NCBI RefSeq assembly: GCF_963853765.1
Contig: NC_088861.1
Span: 2,604,001-2,668,000, forward strand
DNA from: Magallana gigas
Lineage: Eukaryota
Direction: 5' to 3'
DNA: 64,000 nucleotides
Shown here: positions 38,744 through 50,400 of the stretch, in pieces
Position numbering within the stretch: the first letter of the stretch is position 1
How the letters are laid out: every line of letters begins with the position of its first letter
Position numbers and translations under genes: made by a program
The notes under the pieces: model-generated
Seen by the model: the letters and a program-made list of their open reading frames with translations, nothing else
Told to the model about the DNA's origin: nothing
Databases searched by the model: none

Positions 38744-39511
38744 TGGTGGCATATCTCTGCCCCTGGTGTGCAAGTTATTTTTCTATTAATTATGTCGACA
38801 TGCAAGATAAATATGTTGACATGCAAGATAGTTATGTCAACATGCAACATAACTATGTTGACATGCAAGAAAACTGCTATAAAAAATCTCAAATATCGCC
38901 AACATGTGACATCCAAGATGCTAGATACGGTACCTATTGATGTCAACATGCAACTTATTTATGTAAACATGCAACTTCTCTATGTCGACATGCAACTTAT
39001 TTATGTCGACATGCAACTTAGTTATGTTAACATGCACGATTTATATGTTGACATGCAACATATTTATGTCGACATGCAACTTATAAGTGGCATGTCAACA
39101 TATTTATCTCGCATGTAAACATAACTAAGTTGCATGTCAACATATTCATCTCGCATGTCAACATAAGTAAGTTGTATGTTGACATAAATAAGTTGCATGT
39201 CATTATAAATAAGTTGCATGTTGACATAAATAAGTTGCATGTCAGCATATTTATCTTGCATGTTAACATAAATAAGTTGCACGTCGACATAAAAAGGTAG
39301 CATCTAGCATCTTGGATGTCACAGGTGGGCAATATTTGAGATATTTTTTTTAGATTTTGTATAATTCTTATCTGATTGCAATTTTCTTGCATGTCAACAT
39401 AATTATGTTGCATGTTGACATAATAATCTTGCATGTCAACATATTTATCTTGCATGTCGACATATTTGATAGAAAAATAACTTGCACACAAGGGGCAGAG
39501 ATATGCCACCA
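38744..39511. mobile_element. 768-bp foldback element made of inverted 21-bp minisatellite arrays, TA-flanked
   Basis: Termini TA|TGGTGGCATATCTCTGCCCC ... GGGGCAGAGATATGCCACCA|TA; internal TATGTYRACATGCAA-based 21-mers; symmetry centre TTATAA at 39081-39086. Confidence 0.88.
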
Positions 39512-40413
39512 TAACCCGAAGTTGATGTATACAATAGGAACCCCTGGTAAATCTCTCTGTGAAAGAAATATGTTTTGTAACATTCTGACGAAATCTCTTT
39601 TCGCCCATCCGATTCCGAAACATTATAAAAAAAATTACTTCCATGCACCATACTTATATCATTAATTTAATTTCACAATGTTATCTTGATCTTGTTTGTA
39701 GGGAGAGGACAAAAATAGGCCATGCCTGCTGTCAGATCCTATTTCATTTTGAAAAAAATATTGTTTAAACTGATTCCAAGCAACGAATTATTGACATTCA
39801 TGTATCACAGGACAGGACCCCCGCCCCCTTTTTTTAACCACTGGGGAAGTTGACTTTTTATACAAAGTCCTTTATAGTAATGTACAAAACATGCATGCTC
39901 CATTTTAAATATCAAAAAATTAACGGAAAATAAACGATTAATGCATCCCCCCCCCCCCCCCGGCATATGAAAAGAGGAAGCTTAAGCCCCTTTTTATATG
40001 CAAGTTGAGGTTGTTTTAAATAAATCGCTTATTTTTAGTTAATTTTCAGGTATTTGATATGGAACATGTTGTGTACATCACTTTAAAGGAAGTTCTATAT
40101 AAGAAGTGATCGGTAGACATGTATACAGGTACATGCATATATTTACAACTTCAGAGTACGATTCCCTCTATTTCTTACGAAAATCGTATCATAACGGAAA
40201 TTCTATAGAAATTGATTAAAGCGTTAGATAGATAGCGTATGTTTGTTTATGTTCATGGAGAAATGTGTTATTAAGTCCGGTGATGAGTCTGTCGACGCCG
40301 GGTCAGAAATCTAAATAAAACGCTTCTAATGACCACGGTGCGTCAGATCATTAGTATGCACTTCATCGCATTTACTTATTAGGAGGAGAATGTTGTAGCG
40401 CAGTGTCCGTGCG

Positions 40414-40496
40414 TATAAAATGGGGGTGCGGGAAACACGGCTCTCCAGTAGTCATCTGGAAGCTGTCTTTCTGCCTCCTCTTTTATACAGGTAAGA
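40414..40496 (+). promoter_or_regulatory. Candidate Pol II core promoter (TATA + Inr) with a short first exon and canonical donor
   Basis: TATAAAA at 40414-40420; CCAGT initiator-like motif with A at 40447; exon ends ...TATACAG|GTAAGA at 40490/40491. No downstream ORF found. Confidence 0.5.
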
Positions 40497-40704
40497 TAAA
40501 TTATAACGCTTGCGCGCATTCTCAGTAAAGTTAATAGATTCAGAGGGTTCAACTAATATTTAATTTTCAGAGATTTTTGTAAGAAATATTAATGTTGATA
40601 AATTTCATTGTAATTGATATTGATATTTATTGTTAAAATGTCATATTAAATTAATAAAAGAGTAGTCATCTGGAAGCTGTCTTTCTGCCTCCTCTTTTAT
40701 ACAG
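40447..40704 (+). repeat. Exact 44-bp direct repeat (40447-40490 and 40661-40704)
   Basis: AGTAGTCATCTGGAAGCTGTCTTTCTGCCTCCTCTTTTATACAG occurs twice, separated by 170 bp of AT-rich sequence that begins GTAAG. Confidence 0.97.
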
Positions 40705-42601
40705 ACTGGGACACGGGCTACTCCCCATGTAGAAGAGGAGACATTCCGGAAATACCTTGACTAGGGCACCCGCCAAGTGTGGGGATGATGGAACAAAGAT
40801 CTCGAGGATCTAAACAAATTAAATATCATCACACTCCATATATCCCCAAGTCGATTTATATAAAATAGACAGGAGGCATTATGATATAGGGGTGGACGTT
40901 ATGATAATCGATTGCAATTCATACATCTGAAGAAACTCACAGGACTGAAATCTACACGCCACGTTTATAGACTGGTCGAAACCTACATCAACATAGGAAA
41001 AATCACGAACTGGACGATATTAACCATGATATTATGCCAGACTCAAATATCTACAGGGAACAATTTGCCTGCTTCTTTTAACTAACGTACTGATGTTCAT
41101 TCACCAGTAATTTGGTTAATTTTACTTACTTTTTACAATCAGTTTATTAATTCGTCAGAAGAAAGGTGTAAATATAAACAATAAAATGCGTCCTTTGATG
41201 ATTCGTGCGGAATATGAAGAAAAATTGCAGACAAATTATCCTGCATAAATCACCAAGAATAGCCATTTCATTGTTGAAATAAATTGTATAAGCATTCCCC
41301 CATTTTTAGTAAAAATTCTCGTAAAGCCTTAAGGTTTGCACGAAAAAAAAGAACAACACTTGTCCTTGTCAAGTAAAATTATATAATTAACCGGGGGGGG
41401 GGGGGGGGGGAGATACAAACACATTTAATTAAAAATTTGTATGCGCAGATAGATAAGATAGCTTACAGATCGTTACACCGAATAAGATAAAGGATGTAAG
41501 TATGGGGTGCAAAAATACACGTATTCCACACTTTCTCTGAATATATGACTGTTAAGTTCACGGCGCATTAGAATTACATGTATTTTTTAAATTAGTTCAA
41601 AACATTTCGGGGATCAGAATTTGAAGATAGGTTTTCAATATTGCAAAAAATATTTGTAAAAAAGTGATTTTTTCAACCAAATTTAGTGCAAAATTTTACC
41701 TTTGAAACCCTGTATTTAAAAACTCACATATTTGACCCCAATTTTCTATATTTTGTCACTCTAAATTTTGAGGACAGGTGAAGACAAATAACATTCAATT
41801 TTAAATATCTTGATATTCAAAAAAGCGTTTACATTTTATTGCATTTCGAATAATTTTGCGACTTAAAGAATTACCCAATTACAGAGACAAACAAAAATCC
41901 CTGAAAATATTATTAAGTTGTGGTCAGTTTTTTCTTTTCTATTCAATTTAATCATTGTGCAATTCTAAACAATATTCATATCATTTTTTTTCGCTAAGTT
42001 GATAATTCCTTATTGGCAAACAATTACAGTTTTAGTGGAAATACATATAGATTAAATCATAGACGCCTATAGTTAACCAAGTGGACCAACTGACTCCACC
42101 TTTATTGCAATTTTAAAATGTTTTTGCAACAGATTTCAATGATATACTTGATATAACCACATTGGAAAGTGATATAATTAATTCAATTAATGTGCACAAT
42201 CACTATTGAAGTCTCAGTTCTTCGGTACTTTCGAATGAATAAGTGACGCATAAAATGAATTGAATTTTTATTACAACTTGAAATTTGCGACTTCCCGTAC
42301 GTTTCAAATATGCTAAATTGGCCAAAATAATTGAATATATACAAACCGTATATGTACGTGCATGAATATCTTGCCCCCCCCCCACCCCCACAAAAAAAAA
42401 AAAAAAAAACCTTGAAGATAACCTGTAACTATACGATATCTGAGTTTTCAAGGAAGTCACGAGATAAAAATCCCATCGCCAGGGAAACCAGGACCTGAAC
42501 AATAATGGAAATATGCAAGTTTAAAGATGTGCATGTGTACATAGAATTTACTAAGGAGCTACTGTACACAACATTTTTGATGCCTTATGACCAAGGCTTA
42601 A

Positions 42602-43122
42602 AGGGACTTGGACACGATTTGACTGAAAATTTTCAAATTTTATTTTTCCATTTTCAATGTTTATTCTGATAAATATAGAAGTTTTTAATGCTATGTCAAA
42701 ATTTGAAAGTCAAATATCAATTTATAAGCAAGATACAGAGTTCATAATTCTTTGCTTTGTAAACAAAGCTCGAATATTGTCATTTTTACACATGTGTTGT
42801 ATTGGTGTAAGTTTTAATCAAATGTATCTTTTTTTTGTTGATACTAGTATTTATGAAGATAATGAGTTGTTTCAGTTGTTTTTTTTACATGTCATTTTGT
42901 CTAAGAAATGGTAATTCTTTACATTACATATTTTGTAAACAACTATAAGACTCGAGCTTTGTTTACATAACAACCAATTCTTACCTTTGTATCTTGCTTG
43001 TAACTTGTAACTTGGCTTTAACATCCAATATTTTGGTAATTCATTTAAAATGCACCAGTTAACCATTTTATACATAAAAAATAAAAATAAAATTTTTGAT
43101 CTCAAATCGTTTCCAAGTCCCT
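42602..43122. mobile_element. TTAA-TSD non-autonomous transposon (Kolobok/piggyBac-like), 521 bp
   Basis: TTAA|AGGGACTTGGACACGATTT ... AAATCGTTTCCAAGTCCCT|TTAA. Confidence 0.85.
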
Positions 43123-43719
43123 TTAAACTATGCCCTTTGATACATGTTTTATTCACACTCAATCAGTATAAACATGTGTAGTACCCATTGCTAGTGTCTA
43201 AAATTTGAAGTCATACATCTGTGTTTTAGAGTGTTAATTCTGAAATTTTTTGAAATATGTAGACAATATTTAAAAGTATTTAATGCAACTACAATAATTA
43301 ATGTAATTCTATATCAAAAACAAAATATGTATATATAAATGCATTGTATTTTGTTTATAGCAGCAAATAAAACATAAACATTAAACAGAATCATACTATA
43401 CGCTCTTATTTTGCTCTAATTTTTAATAAATTTGTTGCAAAGGAATATGTGTAACAAACTAAAATACATGTATTACTTAACAAGATCAGCGAAATTTTCA
43501 GTACAAATCATATATATATATAAAAGTTTTCTAAAAATATGAAAAGTCTACTACACACTATAATAAATGCAACCAATTTTTGAGAAAAAGACAAAATTCC
43601 GTTTAATATTATACATAAGACAACATATTCAATGTCCATTTAATTTGAAATCTCAAAATGTGTCCAGTCATACCGATACTAACAGATAGCTTTAATCATG
43701 GACACACACTGAGTAACGG

Positions 43720-46700
43720 TCAAAATGTGGATTGTTCTTCGCAAGTTTCCTCCTCTTCCGATAGACTCCACGCCAGTCTGGTGGTGAAGCGAGGGGAATC
43801 AATGGGAGGATCGTCGTCACATTTCCCGAGGTCATCAGTAGGAGATGGAGACCCCAGGCTTGTGTTCGAAGCCACAGTAGACAAGCAGCATTCGTTCTCA
43901 TCAGACATCGTCGTCGTTTTTGTGGGTGTATCAATGCTGCTGTTAAAAGGAGTGGTGAAATTTTCATCAACGTATCCCCTGTTTGTTTGCCCACCAGATA
44001 CCTCAGCAGGACCAGGCTCGGTTTCAGTTGGTTTTAGTTTTTCTTCCCTATTTGGCAGAGTATTTTCCCTTCTGTCTGCTAGGGAAAATTTTTCCTGGTT
44101 ATGTACGTTTGCTGCCAATGTTTTACTTGTTTGTCCGTAGATTGGTTTCGACTGCATTTCAATACAGTGAGGAAAACGGGTAGCTGCCTGAAATAAGTGA
44201 AATAAACATATCAAATTTCTATTGCTTGTTATAAGATATTTACATTCAGTGTATATTTCCCTTTATGTTTGCATTGGAAATCTGCGACGTTCAATTTTCT
44301 ATGAATACACTTTACTAATTTATGCGCCATGAACACAAATATAAACGTCTTTACGTGTTGAGTTTATTCATTTTTGTATTGTTAAATGAAACGTTTAATC
44401 TTACATAACTAATTTGATATATACTTTTGAAAAATAATCATCAAATCATTTCTGCTCCATAATAAAAAAGAATTTTCTCTACATAGTTTTGGCACTATAT
44501 TTTTAGTTGCGGAAGGGAACTAAATAACATGTTAATATGGCTGTTCCATGTACTGTGGTTTCATTAATATTCGTGGGTATCAATTTTCGTGGATTTAATG
44601 ATATTTACAGTTTCAAGGACACGTAAATTCGTTGTTTATGATCCTATCAATACAAAATTCAAGTAGAAATTGCACTTCAATGAACATTAAATTTCGTTGA
44701 TCAACTTCACAACGAAATCCACGAAAATTGGTAATCAACGAATATTGATGAAACCACAGTATGTTTCATATCCCTAACTGAGAGCGTATACAATGGCTTT
44801 TACACGACAATACACCTAAATTTCACACAAATAGACTTCAGTATGAATATAAATATAAGCACTGAATGCCTTTTTTGGATATCGTCGGTCCTGTAACACA
44901 CCAATGGGTGCAGCCAAAGGATAAATGCACTTAGCGCCGGGTTTTGGGCCCTTTTCGGTCGCCTCTGTTGTGTTTATTTCTTAACATAACATCGCTTGTG
45001 TTAAATGTCTTAAAGAACCTAGTCAATTTCCAACACCAATTAAGATTTTATACTGTGATACAATAAGCTCATTCTCTGTTTTTCTCCTTACAACTTTGTA
45101 AAAAAGGAGAATTTTTGCTTATCTGCCCTTGATCAAACGTAAGATTGATATTGATATGCATGAAAGGTGGAGCTGACATTATCAGAATAGAATAGTACTA
45201 AAATTAGACTAGCATGAATAACAATGCCATGTATAAAATTTCTGTGATCACCCTTTCACCTTGGCAAATTAACGTGTTCGAAAACATTGTCCTAGTTAGC
45301 ACATAACTGCTACCTTACACGTCACGTGATAGAATTTTGTATTCAAAAAGTTACCTGAGGTGAGAAATCATAATTGTTATATTCAACATGCATCAGCCCT
45401 TGGTTACAACAGGGAAAGCGAAAGCAAGAAGCAGTTTTTTTCTCATTTAAACCATGAGCGCATGTTTGTCTATTAATCTCTTTTTGACATAACTTTGATA
45501 ATGCAAACATACAACTACTGCTAAATTGAGAACAAAAGACAAACATGCGCTGACTATGTATGAAGTCAGTATAAAAGTAGGCGTCCTCATTATTGTATGG
45601 AGATTGAAGAAATCTTGATGAAAATAAATTCGTACTTGGTGTCAACATTTAACTCAATTACGTAAAGTTGCAGTTTAGATGTTGACAATTTAAAAGAAAA
45701 CAATTAAAAGAAAAAAAATCTTCTTTTAAAAGTTTATTTTCTCGCAAATATCGGATGTCCTAAGTGCAGTCATCCTTTCATACCGCGCTAACGCGCAAAA
45801 CTCAATTTGTCTGCACGTGTGTTACAGGACCGATGGCATCCAAAATAAGCATTCATTGGTTAAATGAACACCTTAAGCTATATCGATAAGTACTAGGTTT
45901 GACAAATATAATTGCAATTCATCTTTTATTAGCCTTTAGGGGTCTCTGCAATATCTTTAATTCTTATAAATTTCGATTCGATATATTAAAAAGTTCTTGA
46001 AAATTAACCGAACGTCTTACTGGATGTATTATAGGAGCAATATATCACTTTTCTACATTTTTTTAATCAAACTAAAATGACTTTTTTTGTCAACCACAAG
46101 ACGCCACGTTCCCTTTGGCCTCGATAATGACTGATTTTTTAGTAAGTTTTTGGAAGAAGGTTAGTATAGCCAAGTATTCGTAAGAGACAATTATCAATTA
46201 TTTCTGCACTGATTTAGATGCTTTTAAATTATATTAACACATGGACCCGGTTTTTTAATCCGGGAAGGGGAGTCCAAAAGGGGCATTGTTTACAAAGGGA
46301 GTTTCAAAACTTTTTTCGGTAAGTCTGCAATATGAATTCATTGAGACGTATAGAACTTACGGGAGGGGGATGAATAAAAGATTCATCCTTTTTATGGGTG
46401 GCTAAAGCCTTGGCAATCTTTTCATAAAAATCCTGTGTGTCTACTTCCAAAGGAGGTACCGAAGAAACATTTTCATCCTCTTCTTGGGCACAGTTGTTTT
46501 CATTCTCCCAGTTTTCATCCCAGTTGGTATTTGGTGGAGGATGTACAAAGAATTCATCTTCGTCTGATGTGGAATATTTATCAATGTCATTCTTTTCATG
46601 AGATATGTCATCCCTCTCAGCATAGGTAAAAAAATTTTGAATACCATCATCCTGTCCAAAAACGAAACAAAATTCCTATGTGGTTAGTTAATATTTTTAA

Positions 46701-47337
46701 AAATGTATGTTTGGTTTATACGGAAATGTATTTGTGTTTCTAGAAACTTACAGTTTCAAAGTTGTCTGTGTTTGATGTTGAATTTTTATCTGAAAAAGAA
46801 AAGAAAAAAAAAAACCTTGTGACATACCGGTATTCATTAAAAAATATCATGCATGGAAATTTTAGAAATTGCACAGCAGATACCATTACTGTAGCAGTAG
46901 TAATTTAAAAAAAAAATGAGATAAAGGTTACTCTTTAAGTAAAAATAAAAAATTAAATAAATACATAGTTTCTAAACGTTTAGATTAAAAAATCCCACAT
47001 ACTATCCTAGTAAGAAATGATTGCTGATTGTATAAAGATTAATAATGTCAAATAATAAATAGGTAAGTTGAATAGCATGTACATTTTCTATTTATTAAAA
47101 TATATGGTATCATGGCTCTGGATTCTACAGATCACAAGTCTTCGTTATTGTTATGGATTTTTTGTTCGAATGAAATCATATGGAATTCATAATCCTTTAT
47201 TGGACAAAAAAAAGTAATAATAACAAAAAAAATAATTTTAATACCATGGCTGCCAGTCACAAACGATGAGATGGACTTTTCTGATGCTCTTTTTCTACAA
47301 AAAAAATCAAAACAGATAACGAATTGTGCATCAATTG

Positions 47338-47413
<76 letters not shown>

Positions 47414-50400
47414 TGTAAACCAACTTTACTTCGCGTGCGAGAAATTTTCGCGAGGTTAGCAAGAGCCTTGTCGTCGCGAACATTTCTCGCTAAGAACAAA
47501 TCCTTTGCCTATAGTTTTTATATCAATACAGTCTAGATAAGGTTTGGTTTATATATAAGACATTTGTACATAATGCAGCTAAAACTTCATAAGGGAAAGG
47601 TAGAATTACGAATTATTAAGAACCAGTGCCCGCGGGAAAAAGAACGAGCTAAACCTACAGATTCATTAAGAATTGTTTTATCTACATCCCATAATGCTCT
47701 CTAATGTTTTCTTATGTTGGGCTATGCCAAAAATGGCTAACATTTAACTCGTAATTTACGCTGCCTTGAGATTTGAAGACACGTTCTGAGTACCGCACAA
47801 TCTTCGGTGAGACCCAAGAGATTCCCTTACATGCTTCCATTCCTTTGTATCGAGTCTATTCTCTTTTAGAAGTGGGCAGGCATAGCCCTCACCCTCTTCT
47901 CTTCGCATGCCCTCATATTTTGATTCTGGTAAACGTGTAAATGTCGGAACTGAAGACGGTCTATGCATCGACCCATATTTCGACTCCAGTTTCCCAGAAT
48001 TTTCGTAGCAGACCTATTAGGTCTATATTTTAAACATTAACGAATATATAGTTAATTTAGATGAAATGAAATATTCAAAATTCCAATATTTATCACTTCA
48101 ATCTTATTTTATTTTCATTTTTGTAAAAAATGATAATTATTCTGCACGGAATATTTATTTTCATACACTAAGAATCGTTTATATCAATTTATAGACCCTA
48201 AATTTTCTTGGACAAATCATCAGCAAAAACAGTAAAAGTACAAATTCCCAATTCATGATTGCAATTTTGAACACAGAGTAAAGCGTTACGTTTTAGGGGT
48301 GAAATCACTTAAGAAAGAAGCATTCTGGGAGTATTGCATAAGCAATACACGTCCTCTACCGGGTTGTGGAAATTGTGAAAACAATGCACTGTTATGCAGA
48401 ATATCGAACCCAAACATTAAAAAATAGGAATATAAAAAATTAATTTTCTCGAAAATATGTCAACCAGACGCTACAAAAGTGTAAACTTGATCTGAAGTTT
48501 GACATTTTGAAGCTGTTCAGCAAATTTCATAGTATTCCTCAAACGCATAAAGAAAAAAGTGTGGAAAGCTGAAGTGGACAGACAGACGGACGAACGGACG
48601 GATGGACGGACAGACGGACTGACGGACGCAGAGGAAAGCTATAGTCCCCTCCGGTTAAAAACCGGTAGGGGACTAATACACAGCAATTTGAAAATTTCAC
48701 CATGATATGAGCTTGGTTGGTCACATAATCAAATCCTGACGATTTGATCACGTACCAACCAAGTTCATACCTCGATGAACCTTTTAAAATTGATTTTTAT
48801 TACTTATATTTACGTTTGAAAAGGACAAATCGTTCAGAATTGTTAATATAACCGAGATTTTATGTTTATGATATTATTTTTAAGGGCAAACACTTAGAAG
48901 TTTTGTTGAGTGCATTGTAATCAAACACGTATGGACATTCCACATAAAGACTAACCCTAAATATAACTACAAATGCAACACATTATACTTACTTCAAAAA
49001 ATAAACTTTCCTAAAAATGAAATAAAGAAAAATATTAGTTTTAATGCATAAAGTATAAGAATGATAAATAACAATTCTGCCAACCTTTTTAAATTATGTA
49101 AAAAACACTTTTGAATACAAGTTTGTTATAGAAATTATTATCTTACCCTCTCTGGGTCCTGTATCTGTAGATAGCTATAATTATCAGTACGAGGATTATG
49201 ATCACCATCAGCACAATGACAAAAATCATCCACACCTCAAACTCACAGTTGGGATTGTCTGAGGGACAAACACAGCGGTAACTGTCCAAGTCATTATAAC
49301 AGACAAATGGAGGAACACAGGGGTCACTCAGACACTCGTTCACATCCTCTGTACAGTATTTACCCTGGTACCCTCCTCTACACACACATCTATAGTAGGC
49401 GTTAAAGCTGTGGGTCCGGTGTGTGTCCTCACAGGGGTATATTCCAGTCGCTGTAAAATTGTGTCTATTCGTCACATTCAACTTTCAACGTTTGTTAAAA
49501 AATATTGAATTCATTTAACTTCAGAGTAGTTTTTTTCTTCAATAATTTAGAAAGCATGTAGATAGCAAATTGCTATTGCAATGCATTACCACTTGTATTG
49601 TGACTTAAACTATTTATACCTTTGCATTTCCCGTCGTTGTGACATGGCATCTCCATGATGCCAAACTTAATATTTATCGGTAGAGAGGTCTGGTTGGAAC
49701 TGTCTTCAAAGTACAAACTAACTGTAAAATTTCCAAACACATTCTTTGGCTGTGTGAATTCAATAATATAGGTCAACCAGGACAATTCTGGTGCAGGATG
49801 GGGAAGATTCTGTGTGAAGTTGTCTGAACATGGCATCATGGTGGGCTGAAAATCAATGTTTTACAAAATATCAGCTTTAGAGAAAAAGTCATTGCTCTCC
49901 AACGGAATAATTTTAAACATTATGCATACCGGAGGTATTTGTTTCATACTGATAGATAAACAAATTTAAAATGTCTTACAAGGGACCAGTTTCAATTCAC
50001 TTTAGTCCTTTAAAATCAACTTTTAATTCAAAATTCAATTTCACATCATTGCAAAATCAAACATATAACATGCATGTGTTTGTAATTGATTTAACAAATG
50101 TTGACCATAAAGTAGTTTTCTTAAAAATGATTAAATGTTTTTTAGCTGAATTCTGCTCCTTACCAAAATTCTATCATAACTATTGCAGTCTTTTAAAAGT
50201 TGAGGAACTTGTCTGCTTTCCTCAATTAAAGTAAAGTTGATGTTGGAAGGATTTGACATCACGATATTTAATATATCACTCTTTTCAACATCATAAGCGC
50301 CAATCCTTGCTTTCCAGAGCCCATTCGCATTGAAGTTGAAATCATTGATAGCCTCAAGTAGTATCTGTAGTTAAGAGACAGTTTAATATCAGTCTTATTA

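Noticed and set aside
38695-39665. Overlapping 65-187 aa ORFs on both strands (YVDMQL repeats)
   Set aside because: They are translations of a 21-bp minisatellite that happens to lack stops; there is no evidence of a gene.
47257-47536. ORFs with YIYIYI runs
   Set aside because: Translation of the (TA)n microsatellite.
47830-48013. 61-codon open, exon-like stretch (VCYENSGKLESKYGSMHRP...) in the giant gene
   Set aside because: Its open frame is phase 0-0, whereas the flanking exons join directly in phase 2 (…TQRG|KRASEK…). It is not needed for the model and would need an additional unverified micro-exon.
48700-48780. Imperfect ~28-bp-stem hairpin as a possible miRNA
   Set aside because: It abuts a Helentron-like element and is more simply repeat-derived; there is no evidence without small-RNA data.
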